64,000 nt of DNA. It comes from Spironucleus salmonicida (taxonomy: Eukaryota). The first letter of the stretch is position 1; each line of letters starts with the position of its first letter. The notes under the pieces were generated by a model. That model had not been told where the DNA came from and did no database searches. It worked only from the letters and a program-made list of their open reading frames with translations. Where the stretch lies: positions 507,797 to 571,796 of the forward strand of contig NC_090597.1 in assembly GCF_000497125.1 (NCBI RefSeq). The letters run 5' to 3'. Positions 24,601 to 38,407 of the stretch are shown here, in pieces. A program made the translations under genes and the position numbers.

Positions 24601-27600
24601 TCCATCCACGTCACGGGTCTAAATTGATAGCATTTTTTTGTTAGAAAATGAATCTCTTATTGTATCCTCCACCCCGAATAGTGAAATTAGATAATCCGGC
24701 ATCGGCGGAGATGTCTCAAAAAATAGATTCGAAATGCAAGTTTTATCAGTAATAGTTACGATCGCAAGTTTCTCATCCTTCTATAGTAGACCTAGTTGTT
24801 TTAGCTTTACATAGCAAACGCTGGCGTTCTGAATAGGGTCACCAACGTACATATCTATATCTGGCTTATCTAGGTTCTAGTATTTATCGAAAGATTTTTG
24901 TAAAAACATGAAAAATGCACCTTTAAAAAGCGACTAAAACTGTGCATACATTTCTATCAATGTAATATCATAATTATATTACATCTAAAATGGATTCACA
25001 TAAATCTCCAGATACTGTGAATAATTGTTAATTGATTTTAAAAGTTTATCTATACCAACTAGATGAGCAGGTTATTATCGACACAATGAGATAACTAAGA
25101 GTATCATTGATGATATTTCTGAAATTTGTTGCTGTTTGAAGAAGCTCAATATTTGGCCAGTACTGCACAACGTGTTGAGTTAATGTTTATCTGATACTCC
25201 AATTAATTTAGATATAGCGTACATGAACTGCTAACTAGCCATAAAATGTAGCACAAATACCACATCTCGATTCAACGATGAGGATGAAGTAAGGTGTAAA
25301 TTCTTGTTAAAATCTGCAATTGATGACGGTATTAATACTACCATGGTTTCTTTCTCATTTTGTACCAATTAGCTTGCTCCAACAAGTTCCTTATCCCTCA
25401 TTATAAATAAGGAATTATAAATTTAACTGTGCGAAGAAATCTAATTCAAAGGAATCTTCTTTTTATTAACTTTGAACTAAAATTACTTTGTAGAATTAAA
25501 AAAGTATGGATATTAACCTTTATTAATAATAATCTGTGGGCATATCAATGGGCACAGGAACTGTAGTTCTGCTGCCAAATCAGGTATCATTGTAAGGTAG
25601 AAATCATTGATGCTCATATTTTTTACCTTATCTTTTACCTATTATATCATAGAATCGTCAGTTTAGGTTGTAATTCGCATATCCTTGTAGTATCGTTAGG
25701 TCAGACAAGACGGGTGCATTTAGGAGGTGCCAAGAATATTAGATTGCCTATAGGGTTTTCCATCTCTACTATTTTCGGAAGTATACAAAAACTCATTCTA
25801 TCTAATGAAGTTTATAAGGGCTAGATCAGTTCCTGCTGCCAGCAGGTGAACTGTTTTCACTGAGATAAAGGGTATTTTTTCATAAACCTTCTAGTTAGGG
25901 AATTTTATATTAATATCTAACGTGTGTTTGAATAAATAGGTGTACTATTTATTTAGTTTATTTTTAACCTTAATTTGGCTAACTAACTCATCGGTTGCAT
26001 CAGATTGTTAATTCATAAAATAATAAATATTTCTCCAGAATATCGTTTCGATCCCACGCGGGTTGTACAGCATAAGGAGGAATTAGTATAGTTTCTATGT
26101 GAATACTTCCAACGTACTATATTTTCTAACATCCGATATCATTTCCTAGAACGACTCCTCTACTTTTTATGACTATCTAAGGTTGATAAAATTGGGAGAC
26201 GAAATGCCCATTAGATCAATAATTTTATAAGCTTTACAGTTCTTGAATAACTCAGATGGTATTAGTCTGAGAAAGTATCGTTCAATCTCTGCAGAATCAC
26301 CACGGATGTACTCTACTTTTTACTCTGCTTCTTTCAAGTATTAAGGTTATTCAGCACGTTAAACTGTATCTATTTCCAAACCATTTTTACGAATTTCTAA
26401 CCAGTCTAATAAGTATATTAGATCAATAGCTGCTATCTCTTTGATATTCAAAAGTACTTCATCAATGCTCGATTTTGCATTTTCCATAAATTTGACAACG
26501 AATAAGTTGGTTATTCTAACTAGCGCACGGGTGCACAATGCGTAGTTGGTTTTCTGCTAGGATAAACACTCATCGACTAAGATAGTAATTTACTTGTTTT
26601 TGCTAAATTCTTGAATTAAGTTTACATTTTTATTTGGTTTAATAAATCCATTTTTGTATTACTTAATTCTCCAAGATACATGCTCTATTTATAACTATAC
26701 CTCATTATTTTCTTTATTATTTTCAATTTATTTCTACAATTATTTTAACTCTTCTGATAAAGTGACTTAGATTTACTTCAATTGATCTGCTTGTTAATAA
26801 TTAAAAAAATTAAACCCACCACTTAGCGAAAATTATTCAAAAGAAGATGTGCCCGTAAAATATGAAACAAATATATTTTTAAGTAATATTTATAATGTCA
26901 GCATATCATAATTTTTGATTAACTTGAAACACTCTGCTTTAACATAAGCCATCGTTTTAGAATATTCAATTCCATCTTTCAAATTACTACTAATAATATC
27001 TCCAAGCTTAGTTTTACGTTGATATTTACAAAAAAGTGTTTTTAGCTGTTAACCAATCTTGATAGAACTTCTGTCATATAAAGGTTGAGTGTCTAGCTTC
27101 TATTTCTCTTCTGTAAATCCAGTGTTAATCAATATGGGAATTTTTAGCCCCGAGAATAAGTTGAAGTAGAAGATGGTGTGCAGGGTGACTGTTTTACCGC
27201 TCCTAGAACTCTGGCTCATAACCGCATTTTCGATGGGGAAGAATGCTGAGAACACCGCAAAGTACTGCGCCTTGAACAGGTACGACACGTTGCACATTTG
27301 CTGGAAGATGAACTTGTTGGTATCGTTAAATTCTAATATTTTTAGTAAATGCACTGGGAGCTCAAAGAAGTTTTAAAAATTTGTCGACATAACAGCATCA
27401 TTGTAAATTTATTGATTAGTGCTAAGAATAGATTTACCAGCCGACTAATAAATAGTAGTAGGATCTATAGCGTTTGAATATAACATTTGCTGATAAATAA
27501 GGTAAGCACTATATCCAAATATCATGGGCAGTAGATGCGCATATATTTTAAACTTATGTAATGCTATACCAATTATTTGCAGGATAGCCTATTTCTCGAC

Positions 27601-28200
27601 AATGCTAAAGTTAGATGGTATTTTAAACTGGGGCTAAGTTAGTTTGTAGTCTTCGACTTAGTTATCTTTTTCATTCTAATCTTACTACTTACTTTTCTTT
27701 TTACTCACAATACAATTAGGAAATAATTTAGAGTCAATTGCTGAATTTTTAGAAACTATAACAATCTCGTGATCTGATTTCATGCTTTATACTTATACCT
27801 TTGCTAGTTTTTGTATTTCTTCATCGCCTATTACTTAATATGATAAAACTGAAAATCCCATTTGGATAGATAGTGAGACCAGATTTAGCCAGTAGTCGGA
27901 TACTGAGTTATTCTTTAAATCAAACGTCTTTTGAATAATGATTATCTAGATTTTCCGTTTGAACAGCAGTTCTTATTTATGCTGCCACATAAAGAGGTGT
28001 AGGAGGCTGAGGGTTTCAACAGTATCAATGGTTATCCTCAGGTAACGTACGGTATCGTCAATGTCGCTTATCTAAAATTCAGTTCCACTAAATTAAAAGA
28101 CTATTTCCGGCAAGAGGTCATTCATATCTTTGTCTAGAGAGGAAAAAGTGAGCTAGGTAGGTTTAGCTTCGGACTTGGTATTCTAGTCTTGATCGGTCAT
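21688..28200 (-). CDS. ~2170-aa P-loop NTPase with putative REase-fold motifs and tandem-repeat coiled coil (table 6)
   Basis: Continuous TGA-free frame from ATG 28200 (preceded by CCACTCC motif); Walker A-like SQSSRSGKT (aa 329-337), Walker B ITILVDE (aa 538-544), sensor-1-like VHLLAAGT (aa 784-791), MPDYLI (~1168), CFQVT (~1233), heptad repeats aa ~1280-1500. Confidence 0.85.
23693..24320 (-). repeat. Coding tandem repeats: 42 bp x ~7.7 (NEVVKADGKVEQLK), 21 bp x ~3.5 (VKELKVE), 42 bp x ~4.6 (AEAELTTAKLKVNQ)
   Basis: Near-identical DNA units, all multiples of 21 bp, in frame with the 21688-28200 ORF. Confidence 0.92.
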
Positions 28201-31200
28201 TTAAGGAGTGGTAATAAAATTTATATCTAAATATGATTAATTAATTATAATATAATATATTGTATAGAATAATATTATGCTTATTCTGGTAGTGAATATG
28301 AAAAATACCATTAACAAATAATTCAATCAAATTATGTCATAAATAATAGACATATATCATGTATAGTGTAAGAAAACATATATAATATCTTCTTTCATCA
28401 AGTATCAGATAAACTTTTAGTTTTCATTTTATATGCTATGTCTGTGTTCATAACGTATTGTAATATGCTACAGTAACTAAACTGATTGATAATATTGTAA
28501 CTGAAATATTGTTTACCAAATCATATAGTCTAATATCACTATTATGAAATATTTTCAAATATTAAATTGAAAATGAATTACGCCAGATAAGAAACACTAT
28601 AAAATATTTCCAACACAATGATTATATTGCTTACGCAATAATGAATAATAGACTATTATGATTATGCAAAACAAGAGCAGAATAACTAATGTTTAGTTAT
28701 GGCATCGCCCAAACATAAGGTAAAATAATTTTTCACTACTCTTAAAATTTCTCTGTATGTTTCAACATTTATATATATTCTCATTTACAGGATAAAAAGT
28801 ATTTCCTGTTATCAAATAGTATTATTATTTAGATTATTCTAAAGTTTTTTGAGTAAATTTAGCTCTAACACCCTGAGATAAATTTAAGCATATTATTAAA
28901 GCAATATTAGAGTGAAATAACTTCATAAATATTATTAAAATGATTATTTTTATTATATTAGATTTGTTTAGATTCAAATAGACTATAATTAGAAATATAT
29001 TATGATAAGTATGTGCAATATTATTTCTTATCTCATACTAACTTTGTTACTTATATAAAATATTATATTCAATATAGATTATATTAATATAAACATCATA
29101 ACTTGTGTTTCTGGTGAATTTCTCGTTACTTTTCATTATAATGTGATCCGATATTCAGCGAACATTTACCAGTTATGATAATAAGCTAATTATTAATTAA
29201 TTAATTAATTAATTAACAATATTCATTGTAATATCTACCTTCTACTATTTCTAGACTGTTTATGCATGTTATTGGCCAGTTTTCATCCTGGAAGAATCAA
29301 TAAGGACTATCATAGGGTATTATTTTTCTCATCTTGTATGACTTTATTTTTCATAGTTACTGGGAATATATAGACCATAGAAGTCTCCTTTAGATAATTT
29401 TTTTCAGAATAATGTATGAAAATTATTAACCACCACTGCTTATTTTCCCCTTAGAAAATAGCATAATGCATTATGAAAGTATCTTTAAATTAAACAGATG
29501 TATCAATATATTATGAATCGATAAGAGCTATCTGGTTATTGTATGCCTTGATTATTAAAGAATTAGATATTTTTAAATAATTTAAATATATTACTATTTA
29601 ATTTTAATAATATATCTACGTTTCGTTTTCATTAATTTTGAATTATATTTATTTAAATATAATATTATTCAATAATAATATTTAAAAATAATAATTAAGT
29701 ATAACTCAAAACAATATTTAATTAACTTCAATGATAAAATAACCTAAATTTAATAAAGATTAAAACCACATTAATTTAGCATAACAATTTAAATTAAAGT
29801 TCTTGTTATATATTAGCAATAACCATATTTTCAAGATGCTAATTTATCAAAGCCTAATTGAAAAAATTATAATTTATATTGTTGTTTATGGGTCTCAAAC
29901 TGTGATAATAATTGATACTTAGCATTTGTAATATTTATATTTTATCAAAATATTTTACTATTATCAATTATAATGTTTACTTATAATATTTCAATATTTT
30001 CAATTACTAATTAACATTGGATTCGTTTACAGCTACATTTTAATCAAGAAAAGAATCTTTAACTCTATATTCTGCTATCTATATTCCCTGCTTAAACATA
30101 TATAAAAGAACTAGGAATCCTTATCACAATCACTCAAAAAACATTAGGATCATATTTGATTTTTAAGTCAATTATAGTAAACAATAACATTTAATATTAA
30201 ATACAAATATTATTTTTTTACATTTTAAAACTCATTGTTTATTTAATTGTTTAAAATATAAAACCTACTATTCATATACATGTTTATATATAAAATAAAT
30301 AATACCATGATTATCTTAATACATACGATCTTAGTATAATTAGTACTGTTATTCATCTTATTTAGGTAATTTTTCATTTTCAAAATTAAAAATCATTTAT
30401 TCATTCACTCTGATATATTTTATTACATATAATTACTTAATATAAACACTTCTATCAGTCATGTAAATTCAACAAATGTAAACTGAGCTGTCTATCTACT
30501 CTTTATTGCTCTAAAAATGTTGTGTTAATTGAGATAATTAGCCTTATCTGTAGTATACTGACACGTATAAACCCCCGAAAATGCAATCGGCAATTTCATT
30601 TTGAAAACCATTAAGTAGTATGTATTACATACTACTACTTTTTTATTTATACCATGCAAATAAAGGCATACGAAGCTATAAGCGGTTAATAGAACACTTA
30701 AAACTTGATATAAATGTGAAAATGAGAGCCAGAACCCAAGCCTGAAGCTATGTCGTAAATTGCTATAACAATGCATACTGGATCTGTGTAAGCAATAAAA
30801 CTTATAAAGAGAATTTTACCAAATGAAATATTAATTCCATATCAAATATATAAACTCTGCTTCACGTGCTTAAAAGGTCTGATTTGCATTCCAGTGATTT
30901 CCAATAGATCATGCATGCAGATTGAAGATTGCTTCTAAGTAGCAGTACTAATAGTGTAAGAGGCTTTCCTGACGAGTATTAATCCATGCGTGCATTTGGA
31001 TTAATTTTTTTAAGATTTATTAGCTTTCTGGAATATTGCTTTCTTTTAATCTGGTTTACTTTTTATATTCACTTTTGAGGGAAAGTGTCTACAAAATATA
31101 AAATTATAATCGGCTTTATAGAAAAAGCATTGAGAGGTAACCTGATTGTACTGCTTATGCTCATGCAGGATATGTTATTGCCTTAAAGCGTTAGGATACG

Positions 31201-31623
31201 TGAGAATTTCAGCAATATGTTGTGGTACTGTGGAATGCTTAGTTTGGATAAGATATTAGAAATTATGGATTTGATTAACTATTAAAGTAAGTTTTCGTAT
31301 ATGCTGGCTTTTATTTGAGATTAAGTATAAATATTTATCTGTTCTTTTAGACCAATTTATATTTAAGTTTCACAACGCATGAAATAAGTGAATGCATACT
31401 ATTTCACAATATGAATATGCTTTATGCATCCAGCTTGTGCAGAAATGCTGAGATAATTTTAACGTCAAATGTATTTAGTAAATATTCAATAAAATTTACG
31501 ATAACTGCAACAGTACAATGACAATTTGCGTTTCTTATTTAAACTAAAAACTAGGTCACCGGCGTGCACTGTTTATAATTTTGCAGATATGTGATATATA
31601 GTACTACTAATAGGTTAAATGTC

Positions 31624-34600
31624 CTGGTCCGGAGCACCTCAGCTGGCTGGTACCACAGGGCTGGCCCGGAGCACCTCAGCTGGCTGGTACCACAGGGCTG
31701 TTCCGGAGCACCTCAGCTGATCCGGAGCACCTCAGCTGGCTGGTACCACAGGGCTGGCCCGGAGCACCACAGCTGGCTGGTACCACAGGGTTGGTCCTGA
31801 GCACCTCAGCTGGCCCGGAGCACCTCAGCTGGCTGGTACCACAGGGCTGGCCCGGAGCACCTCAGCTGGCTGGTACCACAGGGTTGGTCCGGAGCACCTC
31901 AGCTGGCTGGTACCACAGGGCTGTTCCGGAGCACCTCAGCTGATCCGGAGCACCTCAGCTGGCTGGTACCACAGGGCTGGCCCGGAGCACCTCAGCTGGC
32001 TGGTACCACAGGGCTGTTCCGGAGCACCACAGCTGGCTGGTACCACAGGGATGGCCCGGAGCACCTCAGCTGGCCCGGAGCACCTCAGCTGGCTGGTACC
32101 ACAGGGCTGGCCCGGAGCACCACAGCTGGCTGGTACCACAGGGCTGGCCCGGAGCACCTCAGCTGGCTGGTACCACAGGGCTGTTCCGGAGCACCTCAGC
32201 TGGCTGGTACCACAGGGCTGTTCCGGAGCACCACAGCTGGCTGGTACCACAGGGATGGCCCGGAGCACCTCAGCTGGCCCGGAGCACCTCAGCTGGCTGG
32301 TACCACAGGGCTGGCCCGGAGCACCACAGCTGGCTGGTACCACAGGGCTGGCCCGGAGCACCTCAGCTGGCTGGTACCACAGGGCTGTTCCGGAGCACCC
32401 CAGCTGGCTGGTACCACAGGGCTGTTCCGGAGCACCTCAGCTGGCTGGTACCACAGGGCTGTTCCGGAGCACCTCAGCTGGCTGGTACCACAGGGCTGTT
32501 CCGGAGCACCTCAGCTGGCTGGTACCACAGGGATGGCCCGGAGCACCTCAGCTGACCCGGAGCACCTCAGCTGGCTGGTACCACAGGGCTGTTCCGGAGC
32601 ACCCCAGCTGGCTGGTACCACAGGGCTGTTCCGGAGCACCACAGCTGGCTGGTACCACAGGGATGGCCCGGAGCACCTCAGCTGACCCGGAGCACCTCAG
32701 CTGGCTGGTACCACAGGGCTGTTCCGGAGCACCCCAGCTGGCTGGTACCACAGGGCTGATCCGGAGCACCTCAGCTGGCTGGTACCACAGGGCTGTTCCG
32801 GAGCACCTCAGCTGGCTGGTACCACAGGGCTGTTCCGGAGCACCTCAGCTGACCCGGAGCACCTCCGCTGGCTGGTACCACAGGGCTGGCCCGGAGCACC
32901 ACAGCTGGCTGGTACCACAGGGTTGGTCCGGAGCACCTCAGCTGGCTGGTACCACAGGGCTGTTCCGGAGCACCTCAGCTGGCTGGTACCACAGGGCTGT
33001 TCCGGAGCACCTCAGCTGGCTGGTACCACAGGGCTGGTCCGGAGCACCACAGCTGGCTGGTACCACAGGGCTGGTCCGGAGCACCTCAGCTGGCTGGTAC
33101 CACAGGGCTGGTCCGGAGCACCTCAGCTGATCCGGAGCACCTCAGCTGGCTGGTACCACAGGGCTGTTCCGGAGCACCACAGCTGGCTGGTACCACAGGG
33201 CTGGTCCGGAGCACCTCAGCTGATCCGGAGCACCTCAGCTGGCTGGTACCACAGGGCTGTTCCGGAGCACCACAGCTGGCTGGTACCACAGGGCTGGCCC
33301 GGAGCACCTCAGCTGGCTGGTACCACAGGGCTGTTCCGGAGCACCTCAGCTGGCTGGTACCACAGGGCTGTTCCGGAGCACCTCAGCTGACCCGGAGCAC
33401 CTCCGCTGGCTGGTACCACAGGGCTGTTCCGGAGCACCTCAGCTGGCTGGTACCACAGGGCTGGTCCGGAGCACCACAGCTGGCTGGTACCACAGGGCTG
33501 TTCCGGAGCACCACAGCTGGCTGGTACCACAGGGCTGGCCCGGAGCACCTCAGCTGGCTGGTACCACAGGGCTGGCCCGGAGCACCTCAGCTGGCTGGTA
33601 CCACAGGGTTGGCCCGGAGCACCTCAGCTGACCCGGAGCACCTCCGCTGGCTGGTACCACAGGGCTGGCCCGGAGCACCACAGCTGGCTGGTACCACAGG
33701 GCTGTTCCGGAGCACCTCAGCTGGCTGGTACCACAGGGCTGGCCCGGAGCACCTCAGCTGGCTGGTACCACAGGGTTGGCCCGGAGCACCTCCGCTGGCT
33801 GGTACCACAGGGCTGGCCCGGAGCACCTCAGCTGACCCGGAGCACCTCCGCTGGCTGGTACCACAGGGCTGGCCCGGAGCACCACAGCTGGCTGGTACCA
33901 CAGGGCTGATCCGGAGCACCTCAGCTGGCTGGTACCACAGGGCTGTTCCGGAGCACCTCAGCTGGCTGGTACCACAGGGTTGGTCCTGAGCACCTCAGCT
34001 GATCCGGAGCACCTCAGCTGGCTGGTACCACAGGGCTGATCCGGAGCACCTCAGCTGGCTGGTACCACAGGGCTGTTCCGGAGCACCTCAGCTGGCTGGT
34101 ACCACAGGGTTGGTCCTGAGCACCTCAGCTGATCCGGAGCACCTCAGCTGGCTGGTACCACAGGGCTGTTCCGGAGCACCACAGCTGGCTGGTACCACAG
34201 GGCTGGCCCGGAGCACCTCAGCTGGCTGGTACCACAGGGTTGGTCCTGAGCACCTCAGCTGATCCGGAGCACCTCAGCTGGCTGGTACCACAGGGCTGAT
34301 CCGGAGCACCTCAGCTGGCTGGTACCACAGGGCTGGTCCTGAGCACCTCAGCTGATCCGGAGCACCTCAGCTGGCTGGTACCACAGGGCTGATCCGGAGC
34401 ACCTCAGCTGGCTGGTACCACAGGGCTGTTCCGGAGCACCTCAGCTGGCTGGTACCACAGGGTTGGTCCTGAGCACCTCAGCTGTTCCGGAGCACCCCAG
34501 CTGGCTGGTACCACAGGGCTGTTCCGGAGCACCACAGCTGGCTGGTACCACAGGGCTGGCCCGGAGCACCTCAGCTGGCTGGTACCACAGGGCTGTTCCG

Positions 34601-37324
34601 GAGCACCACAGCTGGCTGGTACCACAGGGCTGTTCCGGAGCACCCCAGCTGGCTGGTACCACAGGGCTGTTCCGGAGCACCTCAGCTGGCTGGTACCACA
34701 GGGCTGATCCGGAGCACCTCAGCTGGCTGGTACCACAGGGCTGATCCGGAGCACCTCAGCTGGCTGGTACCACAGGGCTGTTCCGGAGCACCTCAGCTGG
34801 CTGGTACCACAGGGCTGTTCCGGAGCACCTCAGCTGGCTGGTACCACAGGGCTGTTCCGGAGCACCTCAGCTGGCTGGTACCACAGGGCTGATCCGGAGC
34901 ACCTCAGCTGGCTGGTACCACAGGGCTGGCCCGGAGCACCTCAGCTGGCTGGTACCACAGGGCTGTTCCGGAGCACCACAGCTGGCTGGTACCACAGGGA
35001 TGGCCCGGAGCACCTCAGCTGGCTGGTACCACAGGGCTGTTCCGGAGCACCTCAGCTGGCTGGTACCACAGGGCTGTTCCGGAGCACCTCAGCTGGCTGG
35101 TACCACAGGGCTGGCCCGGAGCACCTCAGCTGGCTGGTACCACAGGGCTGTTCCGGAGCACCACAGCTGGCTGGTACCACAGGGATGGCCCGGAGCACCT
35201 CAGCTGACCCGGAGCACCTCAGCTGGCTGGTACCACAGGGCTGTTCCGGAGCACCTCAGCTGGCTGGTACCACAGGGCTGGCCCGGAGCACCTCAGCTGG
35301 CTGGTACCACAGGGCTGTCCGGAGCACCTCAGCTGGCTGGTACCACAGGGCTGGCCCGGAGCACCACAGCTGGCTGGTACCACAGGGCTGTTCCGGAGCA
35401 CCTCAGCTGGCTGGTACCACAGGGCTGGCCCGGAGCACCTCAGCTGGCTGGTACCACAGGGCTGGCCCGGAGCACCTCAGCTGGCTGGTACCACAGGGCT
35501 GGCCCGGAGCACCTCAGCTGACCCGGAGCACCTCCGCTGGCTGGTACCACAGGGCTGATCCGGAGCACCTCAGCTGGCTGGTACCACAGGGCTGTTCCGG
35601 AGCACCTCAGCTGGCTGGTACCACAGGGTTGGTCCTGAGCACCTCAGCTGATCCGGAGCACCTCAGCTGGCTGGTACCACAGGGCTGTTCCGGAGCACCA
35701 CAGCTGGCTGGTACCACAGGGCTGTCCCGGAGCACCTCAGCTGGCTGGTACCACAGGGTTGGTCCTGAGCACCTCAGCTGATCCGGAGCACCTCAGCTGG
35801 CTGGTACCACAGGGCTGATCCGGAGCACCTCAGCTGGCTGGTACCACAGGGCTGGTCCTGAGCACCTCAGCTGATCCGGAGCACCTCAGCTGGCTGGTAC
35901 CACAGGGCTGATCCGGAGCACCTCAGCTGGCTGGTACCACAGGGCTGTTCCGGAGCACCTCAGCTGGCTGGTACCACAGGGTTGGTCCTGAGCACCTCAG
36001 CTGTTCCGGAGCACCCCAGCTGGCTGGTACCACAGGGCTGTTCCGGAGCACCACAGCTGGCTGGTACCACAGGGCTGGCCCGGAGCACCTCAGCTGGCTG
36101 GTACCACAGGGCTGTTCCGGAGCACCACAGCTGGCTGGTACCACAGGGCTGTTCCGGAGCACCCCAGCTGGCTGGTACCACAGGGCTGTTCCGGAGCACC
36201 TCAGCTGGCTGGTACCACAGGGCTGATCCGGAGCACCTCAGCTGGCTGGTACCACAGGGTTGGTCCTGAGCACCTCAGCTGATCCGGAGCACCTCAGCTG
36301 GCTGGTACCACAGGGCTGATCCGGAGCACCTCAGCTGGCTGGTACCACAGGGCTGTTCCGGAGCACCTCAGCTGGCTGGTACCACAGGGCTGTTCCGGAG
36401 CACCTCAGCTGGCTGGTACCACAGGGCTGTTCCGGAGCACCTCAGCTGGCTGGTACCACAGGGCTGATCCGGAGCACCTCAGCTGGCTGGTACCACAGGG
36501 CTGGCCCGGAGCACCTCAGCTGGCTGGTACCACAGGGCTGTTCCGGAGCACCACAGCTGGCTGGTACCACAGGGATGGCCCGGAGCACCTCAGCTGGCTG
36601 GTACCACAGGGCTGTTCCGGAGCACCTCAGCTGGCTGGTACCACAGGGCTGTTCCGGAGCACCTCAGCTGGCTGGTACCACAGGGCTGGCCCGGAGCACC
36701 TCAGCTGGCTGGTACCACAGGGCTGTTCCGGAGCACCACAGCTGGCTGGTACCACAGGGATGGCCCGGAGCACCTCAGCTGACCCGGAGCACCTCAGCTG
36801 GCTGGTACCACAGGGCTGTTCCGGAGCACCTCAGCTGGCTGGTACCACAGGGCTGATCCGGAGCACCTCAGCTGGCTGGTACCACAGGGCTGATCCGGAG
36901 CACCTCAGCTGGCTGGTACCACAGGGCTGTTCCGGAGCACCCCAGCTGGCTGGTACCACAGGGCTGTTCCGGAGCACCTCAGCTGGCTGGTACCACAGGG
37001 CTGATCCGGAGCACCTCAGCTGGCTGGTACCACAGGGCTGGCCCGGAGCACCACAGCTGGCTGGTACCACAGGGCTGTTCCGGAGCACCCCAGCTGGCTG
37101 GTACCACAGGGCTGTTCCGGAGCACCTCAGCTGGCCCGGAGCACCACAGCTGGCTGGTACCACAGGGCTGTTCCGGAGCACCTCAGCTGTCTGGTACCAC
37201 AGGGCTGTTCCGGAGCACCTCAGCTGGCCCGGAGCACCACAGCTGGCTGGTACCACAGGGCTGTTCCGGAGCACCTCAGCTGGCTGGTACCACAGGGTTG
37301 GTCCTGAGCACCTCAGCTGGCTGG
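31624..37324. repeat. 5.7-kb GC-rich satellite; 37-bp unit CCGGAGCACCTCAGCTGGCTGGTACCACAGGGCTG(TT/GC/GT/AT) interspersed with 19-bp half units
   Basis: Direct reading; 24-26 of 37 bases are G/C; about 150 unit-equivalents; no unique spacers. Confidence 0.97.
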
Positions 37325-38407
37325 GAGTCCATGGTGCGGTCGCGTACGACAATATTATGCCCGGAGTACGACCAAATTCACTGCAGGTGGACCCGCCTCA
37401 GCGGCAGTGTTGCACTTATGCAAGCTAGAGGGATATAAAGAAGAATCTGCCGAATGGAACTGTAAAATGAGATAATATATTTTGGAAAGCCAAATGGTGC
37501 ATAGAACATAGCTAAATGCAGCTGCTATACGCACCGCACAAAGCTAGAATAAAAACAGTATGCCCTCACTTACCAATGATAGTGCCTGCTCCAGGATGGT
37601 AGACAGTGGACTAACCCTCTATTTCCATCATCGCCCAAATTTAAGTTTCCTAATGGCTGGAATACCGTACGCAGACAACTCTAACTCTAACCCCAACCCG
37701 ATGCGATGGAATGCTAATTTTACCATACTGCGAAGCCACCCACTCTCTAGATATGCGGTCGTGGGTTACCTAAGATTCAACTGCTATACTGATAGAGAAT
37801 ACAACTGAGATACTCCCGGTTCGCCCATGGCCCTAGAATCCGCATGAAGATCGTCATAGTGCTAGCATGATTAAATACCATTGGGCGGAGCTGCATACAC
37901 TAGATGGCCAGAAGCTCCAAACCATCGCCTCAGGGACAGTACGCTTTGGCATGAGTCTGACCGCACGGTATCCTAATTCCATGCTGGTGCAGCAGTTCCC
38001 GTGGGTAGCCAGTGATATCTCAGCGTTACCACGTTGCTATGCACCTGCCAGCTGCGAATATCGGTGTGATCATTGTCCCCGTACTACTATTGCTTGGCGG
38101 GGGTGATAAATGCCACCGTCAGGTTTGTCGCCCAGCCAAGAGAGAAAATCATTGTATTTATTTTACAGTTCGGGGAGGTAAAGTAAATGTTGATCTATTT
38201 CATATACGCACTAAATATATTTTCTTTCCATAAGTAGAAAGAACGATGCAAAACTTTTCATACAATATAACCTCGGTGCCCGATTTGTGATTTACGTATT
38301 GCAATAACACCATATACTACGAGATTTATATTTGGTGCGCTGGGCCGTTCAGGTATTTCGCACACCATGCTGCACCAATGCTATATTTTTTACGCCCCTT
38401 CCTTCAA

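Noticed and set aside
28201-31623. Genes in the AT-rich gap, including short ORFs near 30500-31300 and a (TTAA)n run near 29193-29216
   Set aside because: Frames I checked are short or TGA-interrupted with no motif; the microsatellite is unremarkable in AT-rich DNA.
31624-37324. CRISPR array (37-bp repeat length is CRISPR-like)
   Set aside because: Units are head-to-tail with no unique spacers, no cas genes nearby, and the genome is eukaryotic.
31591-37428. Long ORFs across the satellite (ARSTSAGWYHRA...)
   Set aside because: The 37-bp unit is not a multiple of 3, frames cycle every 111 bp and TGA-bearing variants break every frame; ORFs are a by-product of a stop-poor GC-rich unit.
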